Notes: a model not told the origin generated them from the letters alone. Counted from the stretch's first letter, positions 43,866 to 55,039 are shown. The stretch is 57,368 nt of DNA from a virus (IMGVR_UViG_3300009610_000033:1-57368); one strand, 5' to 3'. Numbers and translations: made by a program.

Positions 43866-46800
43866 ATGGGCCTCGAACCGATCATCGGGCAGGTAGCCTA
43901 CGAGACCGACACCACCGAGGTAATGGACCTGGTGTCGGCTCTCCGCGCCCTGGAAAAGCAGTCTGCATCGCTGGCTGACGGGCTCGAGGGGACCGGCGCC
44001 GCGGCGTCCAAGACCGACAAGGTGTTCGACGGTACGGCCAAGCGAACCCTTGAAATGAATCAGGCCCTGGAGAAGACCAGCGAGGTCCTCGGCGGGCTGA
44101 CGGCGTTGTACTCCGACGCCCTGTCCAAGAGCACGGCGTTCGGGCAGTCGATGGGTCAGGTCGCAACCCTGTCGACCGAGGTGTCGAACGACCTGGCGTC
44201 GTACAACCAGCAGGTGCTGACGCTGTCCGCCAGCATGGGCGTCGAGGCAACCCAGGCCGCCGATACCTTCTACGAGGCCCTGTCGAGCGGCGCAGCGTCC
44301 GACGCTGCCGGTGGTCTGAAGATCACCGAGGTCGCCATGAAGGCGGCCGTCGGCGGCGCCACTGAAGCCAGCGTGGCGGTCGACGGAATCACCACCGCCC
44401 TCAACGCGTGGAAGCTCGGCAGCGACCAGGCCGGCCGCGCCTCGGACGTCATGTTCAAGGCCGTCGCCGCCGGCAAGATGACCTTCGGCGAACTGTCAGG
44501 GGCCATGTTCCAGGCCGGGCCGCTGGCGTCATCGCTGGGCATCTCGCTCGAAGAGGTCGCTGCAGCGTCGGCTACTCTGACCAAGAGCGGTACCCCCGTC
44601 TCCGCGGCGATGACCCAGATCCGCGCCAGTATGACAGCGCTGATCAACCCCAACGCCGAGATGCAGGTCATCCTCGACCGACTCGTCCAGAAGTTCCCCG
44701 AGATGGGGGCCGCGACTGGACAAGCCGCTCTCGACGCGTTCGGGTACCACAAGGCCATGCAGCTCATCGTGGCCGAGAGCAACGAGGCCGGGTCAGCCCT
44801 GCCCAAGGTGCTGGGCTCGGTCGAGGCGGTAGGGGCAGCGCTGGGCGTCAGCGGCCAGAACGCTCAGGGTGCGATGGCCGACCTCGACGCGATGAACAAC
44901 AGCGCGGGTGAGACCCAAAGGGCCTACGACGAGATGGCCAACACCTTCGGCTTCGCCAGCAACCAGCTGAAGGAGACGTCGAACGCCGTTCTGATCGAAC
45001 TCGGCACTACCCTCGGTCAGATGCTGGTGCCGATGCTGCAGAAGACCACCGAGATCCTGTCCGGAATGCTCGAGGGGTGGAACGGCCTCGACGATGGGAC
45101 CAAGCAGGCGATCGTCACCGTCGGCGGGCTCGTGGCCCTCATCGGCTCTGGCATCGGTGTCTTCCTCAGTCTGCAGATGACCGTGGCTGCTCTCGGTCCG
45201 CTGTTCACCACGGCGACTGGTGGGGCCGGCGTGTTCGGCGCAACGCTGGGGGCGGCAATCCTGCCGATCACCGCGGTGGTCGCGGCCATCGGGCTCTTGG
45301 TGAAGGGCGCCCATGACCTGGGCTCGGCCTACGATGCCCAGTACGAGAAGGTATCCAAGACCAGCGGCGGCTACGAGCAGTACTACCAGGCCACCCTGAA
45401 GGCGCAGGAGAGCGCCAGTGGGCTGGGCAAAGTGTTTGCCTTCGTGAATCAGGAGTCGATCCGTCAGGATCTGCAGATCCAGAAGGCCGGGCAGGCGTTC
45501 CTGGAGCACGGCCTGAGCGTCGATAAGGCGGTGCTGTCGAGCGCCAAGTTCCAGCAGGCGCAGTTCGCCCTGTCGCAAGAGGCGGCCCGCACGGGCATGT
45601 CAACCGAGGCTTACCAGGCGCAGCTGGTGGCGCTGGCGGATCAGTACTCGATGGCCGCTGGCAAGGGCCATGTCCTGACCGAAGAGCAGGCGAAGCAGTC
45701 GGCTGCGTTCGTCGACAGCACCATCAACGTACAGGCGCACGCGGCCGGCATCAGCGATGCGACGATCCAGAGCGAGGCGTTCGCGGCCCAGGCCAAGGTC
45801 TTCGGGGATGAGGTGGCCTCGGGCGGGATGACCGTAGCCCAGGCGACCGAGAAGCTCCTTGGCTATGGGCAGGGGCTGGACGCCATCGCAGCCAAGACAG
45901 CCGAGACAGCGGCAGCCCAGGGCGTGGCGTCCGGGGCGCTGAAGAGCTACAGCGACGACTTCAAGGCGCTCTTCGATGCCGGGTCCAAGTGGACCTCCGA
46001 CGTCGGCCAGCAGAACGCCCAGGTCGAGGCGGCGTGGACGTCGCTGTCGCAGGGCGTGCAACAGAACCTGAACGACCAGTGGGCCGGGTACCAGAAGTAC
46101 CAGGAGGACCTGGCGGCTGCCCGGCAAGCGGACGCCGAGGCGGCGGCCGCGGCTGTCTCGAAGCGGGGGGAGATCGAGGCGGCGGGCGCCCAGAAGCTGG
46201 TCGACCTGAACACCCGCCTGGAGGATGCGAAGACCGACAAGCAGCGGGCCAGCGCCGAGGCGGCGATCGCCAAGGAGAACGAGAAGCTGGCCGGCATGCT
46301 GGCCGCGACCGAGAACATCGGCGGCGCCAACGTTGCCAAGGTGCAGGAGCAGTACAACCAGCAGGTGGCAGCCCAGCGCGAAGCCCTCGCTCAGATGATC
46401 GTGGACCACGTCAACAGCATGGTGTTGATGGGTGAGACGAGCGCAGAGACTGCCAAGACAATCTTCGCCACACTGCGCACCGCGTACCCTGGCGTCGAGG
46501 TCCTGTCCCCGGTGGCCGATGCTCACGCCGAACTGATGGGCACCATCCGAGACGCGACCGACGAGTCGAGCGCCAGCCAGGTCGAGAGCATCGCCAAGCT
46601 GCCGACCGCCCTGGAGGGCGCCGTCGGAACCATGCAGGACAAGGCGGCCGAGTACGGCGCGACCATGGACTCGTGGGCCACTGCCGAGGAGCAGCTCGCC
46701 GGCACCCACCGCGCCGCGGCCGACTCCCGTATGGCCACCGACACCGAGCTGGCCGAGAGCGGCTCGGCGAGCGCTGACCAGCTGGCGCTGAAGAATGAGG

Positions 46801-49800
46801 AGCTCGCCACCAGCGGGCAGAACCGCGCGGCTCTGTTGGCCGAAGCCGCGGCCCAGGAGTCGGACGCCCGCACCACCGCGGCCGACGAGACCGAGACGGC
46901 CGATAGCCGGATCCGTGACTCCAGCGGCCAGTTGACGAACCAGGTGTCGGCCGACGCGCAGTCGATTGAGGGCAGCAGCGGGCTGATTGGGGCAGGCTAC
47001 AGCATGGCCGCCGACGAGGTGGCTGATGCTGCGAACCGCATCGCTGGCGGCATGTCGTCGATCTCGTCTGGCGCCACCAACCTGACCTCGTCGACGGCGG
47101 ACCTCGGCACCAAGATGGCCGGTGGCTTCCGAGCCATGCTGCCCGAGCTGGAGGGCTTCGAGCGGGGCGTGAGGGCCAGCGAGACGAGCGTGAAGGGGAT
47201 GAAGTCTGCCGGCGAGGAGATGGGCCGCAGCCAGGAGCGATCGTTCGGCACCGCCGGCAGCGCGGCATCCGACGCGGGGTCGAACATCACCGGCGCGATG
47301 GACGACAGCAAGCGCGGCATGGGTGAGGCTCGGACGTCGGCCGAAGAGCTGACCGTCGCCATGACCGAGATCCCCGACATCGTCCAGACCGAGATCGTGC
47401 TGCTCGGCGTGAAGGAGGCGCTGGGCGACCTGGCTCACCTGATGCAGCTGATGGCAGCGCTGCGGAACAGCGCGCCGCCGGTGCCAGGTGAGCCTGATCC
47501 GGGTCTACCCGATGTTCCAAAAGAATCCACCGGGTCGAGCAGTGGCGACCAGGGTCAGGCCCAGCCGGGTGACCCCGGCTACGTGACGATCATCGAGCCC
47601 CCGCCTCCTGGTGACTGGGACGAGTTCACCACCGCCGTCTCCGAGGCCGACTCCGCCGTCGCTGCGTTCTACAACACCGTCGGTGACGGCACCGTCCTGA
47701 CCGCCGCGTACCAGCCGGAGTCGCCGGCGATGGAGATGTCCGGCGACGGTCTGCGCGTCATGTGGGCGCTGGAGGATCTGTACACGGCGACCGAGGACCC
47801 GTTCGTCATCGTGGGCATCTTCGACGACACGGACTTCCAGCGCCGCATTGATGTGGCCAAGAGCGGGATTGAAGGGCTGTCGGCCGAAGCCGAGCGCTTG
47901 GCCGGCAAGCTGCAGGCAGCGCTCAACGTGTTCTTCGACGGTGGCGCGGGCGACGAGGGCAGCCTCGCTTGGCTGTTCTCGAAGTGGCAGGGCGAGGGTG
48001 CGATGCCCGACCTGGCCAAGATGTTCGAGGACCTGAACCTGCCCGTCAAGGACATGCAGGAGTTCAACCAGTACTTCGACGCCCACGGCCCTGAAGAGCA
48101 GATGGTCATCTGGAAGCGCCTGTACGACGAACTGCGCCGGCAGGAGAACGACCGCTGGGAGCAACGGCAGGCGAACCTCAAGGCCGAGATCGAGGCGCTC
48201 AAGGCCGGCAACCACGACACCACGGCGCTCGACACCCAGATGAAGGCGGAGAAGGCTGCGCACGACGAGCGCATGGACCAGCTCGAAGAGCGCAACCGGC
48301 TGATAAACCGCCAGTTCGGCTACTACCGCGACGGCGTCAAGGACGTGACCGAGGCGACCCGCGACCTCGCTGCCCTGGAAAAGGAGATGGACCGGGCTCG
48401 CGCCGAGTACCAGCGCGCCCAGGTCGAGCGCCTGAAGGCCGAGCAGAAGCTCGCTGAGGACTACGACACCACCGCCCACGACCGGGTGCTGGAGATGCTA
48501 GACGAGGAGGAGGAGCGGCTGAAGTCGAAGCACCTCCTGGAGCTCCAGCAGATCGACGAGCTCCTGAGCGCCGAAGAGCGCAGGCACCAGGCCGTTGTCG
48601 ACGGGCTGGCCGACGAGGCCGGCGACATCAAGGACTACATCGACGAGCAGGAGAAGGCGCTCCGGCTGTCGAAGCTGGACCTGGAGGAGTGGGTCGCGAG
48701 CCTCGGCCTGGACGACCTGAAGGCCGACTTGAAGGACATCAACGACGCTATCCGCGACCTGCCCAGCGGGCGCGACCTGGCGGGCGGCGGGCGTGAGCGA
48801 GCCAAGCCGGAGGACATGACCCGCGTCACGGTAACCGAGGGCCAGCGCGACGTTCTCCAGCAGGCGCTGGGGGCTGGCGTGTTCGGCGAAGAGGACGCAG
48901 CACGGGCGCGCATCGCGCTGGGCCAGGGCAAGCTGCGATTGGACTACCTGCGCCAGCTGCTGACTCTCACCCAGAAGTACTACCAGAACCAGGTCTCGAA
49001 TACCGAGGACGAGGTGGACGCCAGAAAGGCGGAATTCGAGGCAGCCGACCGCCGGTGGAAGCGGGAGAAGGAAGGGCTCGACGACCAGCTCAAGGGCATC
49101 GAGGAGCGCCGCAAGGCCGAGGACGAGTACTACGGCGCCACCAAGACCCGCCTGGAGGGCGAGCGCACCGCCCTGGAGCTGAAGCAGAAGGGCGAGCTGG
49201 ACGCGGTCGAGGCCCTGCGCGGCGCCGAGGAGCGCCGGCACGACGCCCGCATGAAGCAGCTGGAGGAGGAGTACGCCATGGCGATCATGATCGCCGAGGG
49301 CGTGACGCCGGCCGAGGCTGCCCGCCGGATCGCTGAGCTGCGCGACAACGTCCGCCGAGCGATGGAGGACGCGGCCAAGCTGCTGGAGGAGCTGAGGAAG
49401 AACACGGGCAGCACGGCCCCCGGTGCCGGCGGCGGTTCGGCAGGACCGATCGCGCCAGGCCAGCCTGTGCCACCGCCGGGCGGTATCGCCCCACCACCGA
49501 AGGGCGCAACCGGCATGATGACCGGCACCGGCTCGCAGACGGACGGCACCAGCGAGACCAACCCCTGGCGCTACGCCGAGACGAACCCGTGGCGGTATGC
49601 GAAGGGCAATACGCCCGGTGATCCGCTGTGGGTGGCCATCGCCGAGGGAACGATCGGCGGAGCGCCCCGCCCACCGGGTAGTGATCCGACCGAGGGAGAT
49701 CCTGGCATGACGCTCTCCGACTTCCTCGGCATGCTGCCCAGCGACACGGCGCCGGGGCGCGGTGCAGCCGGTGGCGGTGGCGCGCTGTTCACTGCAGGCG

Positions 49801-49913
49801 ACACCGTCAACACCCAATTCTGGGGGCCGGTCTACATCGAGGAGGGCACCGAGCCCGACCGGCTCCTGCGCAAGAGCCTCGGCGGCGGCTGGGGCACGAG
49901 AGGGACACCGTAA
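43866..49913 (+). CDS. Tail tape measure protein (TP901-type core)
   Basis: About 2000 aa. FYEALSSG...DVMFKAV..GKMTFGELS core, a hydrophobic segment, and long Ala/Glu helical regions. Confidence 0.95.
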   Translation: MGLEPIIGQVAYETDTTEVMDLVSALRALEKQSASLADGLEGTGAAASKTDKVFDGTAKRTLEMNQALEKTSEVLGGLTALYSDALSKSTAFGQSMGQVATLSTEVSNDLASYNQQVLTLSASMGVEATQAADTFYEALSSGAASDAAGGLKITEVAMKAAVGGATEASVAVDGITTALNAWKLGSDQAGRASDVMFKAVAAGKMTFGELSGAMFQAGPLASSLGISLEEVAAASATLTKSGTPVSAAMTQIRASMTALINPNAEMQVILDRLVQKFPEMGAATGQAALDAFGYHKAMQLIVAESNEAGSALPKVLGSVEAVGAALGVSGQNAQGAMADLDAMNNSAGETQRAYDEMANTFGFASNQLKETSNAVLIELGTTLGQMLVPMLQKTTEILSGMLEGWNGLDDGTKQAIVTVGGLVALIGSGIGVFLSLQMTVAALGPLFTTATGGAGVFGATLGAAILPITAVVAAIGLLVKGAHDLGSAYDAQYEKVSKTSGGYEQYYQATLKAQESASGLGKVFAFVNQESIRQDLQIQKAGQAFLEHGLSVDKAVLSSAKFQQAQFALSQEAARTGMSTEAYQAQLVALADQYSMAAGKGHVLTEEQAKQSAAFVDSTINVQAHAAGISDATIQSEAFAAQAKVFGDEVASGGMTVAQATEKLLGYGQGLDAIAAKTAETAAAQGVASGALKSYSDDFKALFDAGSKWTSDVGQQNAQVEAAWTSLSQGVQQNLNDQWAGYQKYQEDLAAARQADAEAAAAAVSKRGEIEAAGAQKLVDLNTRLEDAKTDKQRASAEAAIAKENEKLAGMLAATENIGGANVAKVQEQYNQQVAAQREALAQMIVDHVNSMVLMGETSAETAKTIFATLRTAYPGVEVLSPVADAHAELMGTIRDATDESSASQVESIAKLPTALEGAVGTMQDKAAEYGATMDSWATAEEQLAGTHRAAADSRMATDTELAESGSASADQLALKNEELATSGQNRAALLAEAAAQESDARTTAADETETADSRIRDSSGQLTNQVSADAQSIEGSSGLIGAGYSMAADEVADAANRIAGGMSSISSGATNLTSSTADLGTKMAGGFRAMLPELEGFERGVRASETSVKGMKSAGEEMGRSQERSFGTAGSAASDAGSNITGAMDDSKRGMGEARTSAEELTVAMTEIPDIVQTEIVLLGVKEALGDLAHLMQLMAALRNSAPPVPGEPDPGLPDVPKESTGSSSGDQGQAQPGDPGYVTIIEPPPPGDWDEFTTAVSEADSAVAAFYNTVGDGTVLTAAYQPESPAMEMSGDGLRVMWALEDLYTATEDPFVIVGIFDDTDFQRRIDVAKSGIEGLSAEAERLAGKLQAALNVFFDGGAGDEGSLAWLFSKWQGEGAMPDLAKMFEDLNLPVKDMQEFNQYFDAHGPEEQMVIWKRLYDELRRQENDRWEQRQANLKAEIEALKAGNHDTTALDTQMKAEKAAHDERMDQLEERNRLINRQFGYYRDGVKDVTEATRDLAALEKEMDRARAEYQRAQVERLKAEQKLAEDYDTTAHDRVLEMLDEEEERLKSKHLLELQQIDELLSAEERRHQAVVDGLADEAGDIKDYIDEQEKALRLSKLDLEEWVASLGLDDLKADLKDINDAIRDLPSGRDLAGGGRERAKPEDMTRVTVTEGQRDVLQQALGAGVFGEEDAARARIALGQGKLRLDYLRQLLTLTQKYYQNQVSNTEDEVDARKAEFEAADRRWKREKEGLDDQLKGIEERRKAEDEYYGATKTRLEGERTALELKQKGELDAVEALRGAEERRHDARMKQLEEEYAMAIMIAEGVTPAEAARRIAELRDNVRRAMEDAAKLLEELRKNTGSTAPGAGGGSAGPIAPGQPVPPPGGIAPPPKGATGMMTGTGSQTDGTSETNPWRYAETNPWRYAKGNTPGDPLWVAIAEGTIGGAPRPPGSDPTEGDPGMTLSDFLGMLPSDTAPGRGAAGGGGALFTAGDTVNTQFWGPVYIEEGTEPDRLLRKSLGGGWGTRGTP

Positions 49914-51937
49914 TGGCAGCCACACCGCTGCGGCTTCGAGACATGGACGGCAACGTGCTGCACACGTTCGCCAGCGAGAGCTTCATCCTGGAGGCCAAGC
50001 TCCGACAGGGCAGCGTCCGCGGCCGAACCCGCACGACCCAGACCAACGTGGTCGCGCGCTCTGGCCGCTCGCCGGCGTGGGGCGGGCGCTCGTGGTCAGC
50101 CGATCAGCTGCTCGTCGACTACTGGATCGACCCGTCCAACGTGAGCACGCACGAGACGTACCTGTCGCAGCTCGAGGCGGTGTTCCCGCAAGACGACGAG
50201 GACGACCTCGGGCAGGTGTGGTTCGAGATCACCGAGGATGGCGTCGAGAAGCGCTGCCTGGCATCCATCGAGCGCCTGCAGCCGAGCGACTCCTCCGACC
50301 ACGATCAGCGCCTCGGACACTTCGTCGGCGTGTTCAGCATGCTCGGCTCGCGCTGGTACAGCGCCACGGCGGCCTCGGTGTCGGCTGCATCGGGCACAAG
50401 CCCGCTCGCCCGGTCGGTCACCGGCGGTGATCAGAAGTCCGAGGAGATCAGCCTGACCGTGAAGCCGACGGCCGCCAAGAGCGCAGCCAACGGGCAGCGG
50501 TACCTGGCGCACGTGAACCTGAAGTGGGAGAACCAGTGGTCGGCGAACCAGCTGCCGGTGGACATCACGGGCGGCGGTTGGGCGCACGCCACTGAGGTGA
50601 CTGCGACGCGCTCGCTGTCCACCGGCAACGACGTCGAGGTGCGGTGGAAGGGGCTGCGCACCAGCAGGTGGTCGGACAACTGGAACGCGGCAGGCACCAA
50701 GGTCTGGTGCGTGCTGGACTTCCCCGCAGCCCGCTACTGGACCTTGAAGGCAGCGACCACCAACAGCGACACAACCTGGTACTTCACCGAGGACCTGGTC
50801 AACATGCCGACGCTGCCGCACTACGCATGGGTAGACAACGAGGTGGTGCTCGTCACGGCGATCGACACTGTGGCTCGCACCTGGACCGTGGACCGCGCGG
50901 AGCGCAGCACGTCGGGCGCGATCCATGCAGCAGCAGGCAAGGTGTACTGGCTGCCGGCCGCACAGATGGTTGACCTGGTGTGGGGCTACACCGGGGCGGC
51001 GGCGCCGGACTACCTCGACGCCACGATCAAGCCAATGATCAACCTGTCCTCGTCGACCAACGGCTCCTTCGTGCTGGCCGACTTCCAGGAGGTGCGGGAC
51101 TCCGGATCCACGCAGGCGCGCTACCCGCGAGCAATGAGCGCCTACACGCTCGACGTCGTAGACCGGGGCGAGGACTTCCTGTACCAGAACTACGTGCCCT
51201 ACACCGGCACCATCAACGCCTCGCCCTCGGACGCAACCCCGGCGACGAAGATGTGCATCGCGTACCGGTCTGCCGGAGCCAAGACCGGCCACCCGCTGCA
51301 GACCGCATGGGGCATCCGCTGCGACGTGGGGATCAGCCAGGTCGACTACACCTACTGGATGAACATCCTCTACCACCTGACCGCGCCGGCCCGTGAGGCG
51401 CGACTCTTAGTGACGGCGATCGATGGCGACGGCAACCGATCGGTGCTGCGCACCATCGCGATCACCAGCGGCTCGGGACCACAGACCGCATCGCTGTCCG
51501 ATGCGATCAGCCCTCCAGCTCGGGAGGTCCGATGGGAGATCGAGGCCTGGCGGACACCCTCACCCAACGAGCCGTCCGACGGTGACGGCTTCGAGATCGA
51601 CGGCGTCACCTTCACGCTCTCGACGAGCCAGGATGTGGGCGTGCTGTTCGGGTCGCGACAGGACGCCTACGAGTTCGGCAGACCAACGGCGCCAATGACG
51701 ATCGCCAACGGTGATGGCAAGACGCTGAAGCTCAACATGGTGGTGAAGCTCAACGACACCATCACGATCAACGTCGGCGAGCGCTCGATCACCACGCCCG
51801 ACGGCATCGGCCAGTCTCACCTGATGAGCGGCGACTGGCCGTACCTTCCCGACGGGTCGAGCAACTACACACTCACCGAGACCAACAGCGGCACGCTGGA
51901 GTTGGGCGTGTCCTCGTACCGCAAGGGTTGGGCGTAG
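49913..51937 (+). CDS. Distal tail protein with inserted domains (putative)
   Basis: Directly after TMP; beta-rich; ends with a Dit-like WPYLPDG.SN...YRKGW. Confidence 0.7.
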   Translation: MAATPLRLRDMDGNVLHTFASESFILEAKLRQGSVRGRTRTTQTNVVARSGRSPAWGGRSWSADQLLVDYWIDPSNVSTHETYLSQLEAVFPQDDEDDLGQVWFEITEDGVEKRCLASIERLQPSDSSDHDQRLGHFVGVFSMLGSRWYSATAASVSAASGTSPLARSVTGGDQKSEEISLTVKPTAAKSAANGQRYLAHVNLKWENQWSANQLPVDITGGGWAHATEVTATRSLSTGNDVEVRWKGLRTSRWSDNWNAAGTKVWCVLDFPAARYWTLKAATTNSDTTWYFTEDLVNMPTLPHYAWVDNEVVLVTAIDTVARTWTVDRAERSTSGAIHAAAGKVYWLPAAQMVDLVWGYTGAAAPDYLDATIKPMINLSSSTNGSFVLADFQEVRDSGSTQARYPRAMSAYTLDVVDRGEDFLYQNYVPYTGTINASPSDATPATKMCIAYRSAGAKTGHPLQTAWGIRCDVGISQVDYTYWMNILYHLTAPAREARLLVTAIDGDGNRSVLRTIAITSGSGPQTASLSDAISPPAREVRWEIEAWRTPSPNEPSDGDGFEIDGVTFTLSTSQDVGVLFGSRQDAYEFGRPTAPMTIANGDGKTLKLNMVVKLNDTITINVGERSITTPDGIGQSHLMSGDWPYLPDGSSNYTLTETNSGTLELGVSSYRKGWA

Positions 51938-53058
51938 TGGCTACCAAGGTCAGATGCCTGGTGTTCAACGGCGAGAGCGGTGAGTTCCTGCACGAGTGGC
52001 CGCACTTCGGTGACGACCTGCAGCTGGGCTGGGACCTCACCGGGCCAGTCGCCGCGGGCTCGACGGTGCCGTGGGGGTCGTCGCACTTCGGTATCACCAA
52101 GCTCCAGCCTGGCGGCGTCCCGGTGGTGGTGGAGATCGACGCGCGCGGCCGCGGTGTGCCCGAAGTGTGGACCGGGCAGTTCAGCGGAGTCGACGTGGCG
52201 TCGGGGCGAGGTGCCCGCGGCGTGTCGTTCGAGGGCCCGTCATCGTGGCTCGACAGCGAGGACGCGGTGGTGCGCAGCCGCGAGACGGCGCAGGCATCGC
52301 CGGGCCCGTTCATCGCGGGGCTCCTGTCCACGTACCCGCTAGATCTACGCCTCGACATCGGCACTGATATCTTCCAGGGGCCGGGGCTGCCCATCGCGCT
52401 CAACGGCCAGTCAGTCGCAGGGCTCATGTCCGAGGTAGCAGGGATGACGGGCGAGGAGCCGGTGCTCACCGCGCGCCCCGGTACCGGCCGCCTGTGGTTC
52501 GGATGGTCGTCCGCGTTCGCCCCGCTGGACCAGACACCGGTGGTGGCGCTGGGCGAGGGGCGGCACGTGGAGTGGTCGTACACCGGCGCGGTGCTGGCTC
52601 GCTCCGAGCTCACCGTCATGGGCCAGAGTTTCGACGCCGGCAACCGGGTGCGCTCGGTCGCCGCTCGCGCCGTGGGCGGCCGCGTGCTGGGCCGTAAGGC
52701 GGCGCTGGCGGCGGTGCTGGAGGAGTACGGAACTCGGCAGCCGGCCGGCCTGAAGGACGGCTCAGGCGCGATCGTGGACCCGCTGGAAGGTGCGACGGCT
52801 GCGTTGCGGTCCATGGTCATGACGAACCTGCGCCGCTGGATCACGCCGCGCTACCCGATCGTGATCACCCTCACCGACCGTGACGTGTGGCCGCTTATCC
52901 AGCGGGGGTGTCTGCTGCGCGTGCAGTTCCCGTCCGACGACTACGGCATCTACCAGGACGCCGTGGTGCGCGTGCAGACCAGGAGCTGGAAGCTGGGCGG
53001 CGGACAGGTGTGTGAGATCGGGGCGGAACTGTGGGAAACGTCGGCGTCCTACGGGTAG
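51937..53058 (+). CDS. Tail tip/hub protein (putative)
   Basis: Synteny; VWTG motif; beta-rich. Confidence 0.65.
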   Translation: MATKVRCLVFNGESGEFLHEWPHFGDDLQLGWDLTGPVAAGSTVPWGSSHFGITKLQPGGVPVVVEIDARGRGVPEVWTGQFSGVDVASGRGARGVSFEGPSSWLDSEDAVVRSRETAQASPGPFIAGLLSTYPLDLRLDIGTDIFQGPGLPIALNGQSVAGLMSEVAGMTGEEPVLTARPGTGRLWFGWSSAFAPLDQTPVVALGEGRHVEWSYTGAVLARSELTVMGQSFDAGNRVRSVAARAVGGRVLGRKAALAAVLEEYGTRQPAGLKDGSGAIVDPLEGATAALRSMVMTNLRRWITPRYPIVITLTDRDVWPLIQRGCLLRVQFPSDDYGIYQDAVVRVQTRSWKLGGGQVCEIGAELWETSASYG

Positions 53059-53075
53059 CGGAGCATTCGGGTTTC

Positions 53076-53152
53076 TGATATACTTTCGAGCGCAACCCCA
53101 TACGAACGCGAGAGCCCCAAGAGGCCGGATTGATGCCGGCCTCTTGTTCTTT
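53076..53152 (+). promoter_or_regulatory. Extended -10 promoter, short leader and terminator-like hairpin
   Basis: TGaTATACT, then AAGAGGCCGG-N7-CCGGCCTCTT-GTTCTTT. Confidence 0.55.
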
Positions 53153-53176
53153 AGCGGTCGGCCACGGCGAGGCAGC

Positions 53177-53629
53177 ATGACCGTCGTTGGCGCTGGTGGG
53201 TTGGCAGAGCTGTACGCCCTGGGGCGGCTGCATCCGGTGAACCGGGTGAGCGCTCTGGAAGAGCGCGTGGATCGCATCGCGCGTGCTCTGGTGTACGCCT
53301 ACCGTGGGCACCGCCGCATCCGGCTCAACGGGCCGGACGGCGACGAGATCGCCTTCAGCGACCCCGAGGGCGAGTACGTGCTCACCTCCGAGGACGGCAG
53401 CGTGGTGCTGTCGCTGGGCACCGACCATCCGACGCGCACCAACGTGATCGACCTCAGCGCCCAGCCTGCCGAGACGTGCTTCGAAGTGTGCGCCAGCCCA
53501 ACCGAGATTGGTCCGGCAATCTGGGTGAAGCACTGCGCCGTCGTCGCGGGCAACGAGGTCTGCCTCACGTGGCAGGCGCGGACCTGTGGCGACGCGGACT
53601 GCAGCGGCACGCCGGCGGAGGATCCGTGA
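53177..53629 (+). CDS. Hypothetical tail-region protein
   Basis: ATG after the leader hairpin; Cys-containing C-terminus. Confidence 0.6.
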   Translation: MTVVGAGGLAELYALGRLHPVNRVSALEERVDRIARALVYAYRGHRRIRLNGPDGDEIAFSDPEGEYVLTSEDGSVVLSLGTDHPTRTNVIDLSAQPAETCFEVCASPTEIGPAIWVKHCAVVAGNEVCLTWQARTCGDADCSGTPAEDP

Positions 53630-53687
53630 CACCACTTTGCGATTCCCCACGCGATAGTGCCGGCTCTGCCGGCGGGAGGATGACGAC

Positions 53688-53942
53688 ATGGCCCTGACTG
53701 CCGAACAGGAACGGGTACTGGCCGCGATCGCTGACGGCTACATCGCCCAGGGACAGGACGGAGAGGTACTGCTGGCCGTCCAGGGCCTGCGTGCCAAGCG
53801 GGACGCACGGGTGGCCGAGCGCAACAAGCTCGGTGAGGCGCGGCAGGCGTCGATCAACGATTTCGACAGCCAGATCGCCCAGGCCAGCCAGGACATCGCG
53901 GCGCTCGACGCGGCCATTGACGAAGCGCTGGCGGGTAAGTAG
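53688..53942 (+). CDS. Small coiled-coil protein
   Basis: RBS GGAGG; heptad pattern. Confidence 0.75.
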   Translation: MALTAEQERVLAAIADGYIAQGQDGEVLLAVQGLRAKRDARVAERNKLGEARQASINDFDSQIAQASQDIAALDAAIDEALAGK

Positions 53943-53946
53943 TTAG

Positions 53947-55035
53947 GTGGCAGCCCGAACCGCCGTAGCGACCGGCAATTGGTCCAACCCCGCGATTTGG
54001 GACGGGGGTGTTTCTGTGCCCGGCGTCGGTGACACGGCGGACTCCAACGGGTTCACCGTCACCATCGACACGGACGTCACCTGCACGTCGCTGATCAATA
54101 CTCATGCCAGCGCGGGCAGCTTCTCCGTCACGGCGACCGGCCGCACGATCAATGCGAACATCGTGGCGACGGGCCGATTCGTTCTCGCCATTGGCACAGG
54201 CAGTCCGGGCAACCTGACCACGATCAACGGCAACGTGACTGGTGGCAGCTCCAGTGGCGTGGTTGGGATCAGCTATACCGGGTTTGGAAACGTCACGATC
54301 AATGGCAACGTGACCGGCGGCAGCGCCTCCAGCGGCCACGGCATGAACGTGCAGGGCGCCGCCGCCATGACCGTCACCGTCAATGGCAATGTGTTGGGCG
54401 GCTCAGGTGTTGGCGCCAATGGCATCGACGGCGACCGAAACAACACATGGATCGTTAGCGGAACAGTAACGGGCGGGAGCAATACGAACGCGGTAGGCTT
54501 GAATGCCCGAAGCGCCGGATGCATCGTAACCGTCGGCGGCGCAATTTCCGGGGGAGGTGCCGCCGGGGCCTCCGGGGTAGCAATGATCTCTAGTGGCTTA
54601 CTCACGGCCAATGGCCCCGTTCTTGGGGGCACCAACGCCACCGCCTACGGGATCAGTCGAACTGGCAATGGCCTGAGCATCGTGAATAACACGGTGACAG
54701 GTTCGGCCAACGCACACGGCATCAACTTGGCGGCGTTGCTCTCCGCGTCCGTGACGGTGGTGGGCGCGGCGATCACGGGTGGGTCGGCCGCCAATGTCTG
54801 CGGGATCAACAACGCGGGCACCGGCTCGATCCAGACCACGAGCAACATCGTCGGCGGCAGCGCGGCGGGCGCCTATGGCGTGGCCAACGCCTCCACCGGG
54901 CCGGTGATCCTGCTGGGCACAGCAACCAACAACACCGCCAACGCCATCAACCACGCTGGTGCCGGGGTGACCTACAGCTGTGGGGTCTCCAGCTCCGGCG
55001 GCGGGCGGGGCATGTTTCCGGGGGTAATGGGATAA
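53947..55035 (+). CDS. Gly/Asn/Thr-rich beta-helix tail fibre or spike protein
   Basis: ATGNWSNPAIWDGG.VPG.GD start, then repeated TINGNVTGG units about 26 aa apart. Confidence 0.8.
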   Translation: MAARTAVATGNWSNPAIWDGGVSVPGVGDTADSNGFTVTIDTDVTCTSLINTHASAGSFSVTATGRTINANIVATGRFVLAIGTGSPGNLTTINGNVTGGSSSGVVGISYTGFGNVTINGNVTGGSASSGHGMNVQGAAAMTVTVNGNVLGGSGVGANGIDGDRNNTWIVSGTVTGGSNTNAVGLNARSAGCIVTVGGAISGGGAAGASGVAMISSGLLTANGPVLGGTNATAYGISRTGNGLSIVNNTVTGSANAHGINLAALLSASVTVVGAAITGGSAANVCGINNAGTGSIQTTSNIVGGSAAGAYGVANASTGPVILLGTATNNTANAINHAGAGVTYSCGVSSSGGGRGMFPGVMG

Positions 55036-55039
55036 CACC

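Noticed and set aside
49553-49600. ETNPWRYA tandem duplication in the tape measure C-terminus
   Set aside because: Two diverged in-frame 24-bp units with no spacer structure; probably a simple duplication.
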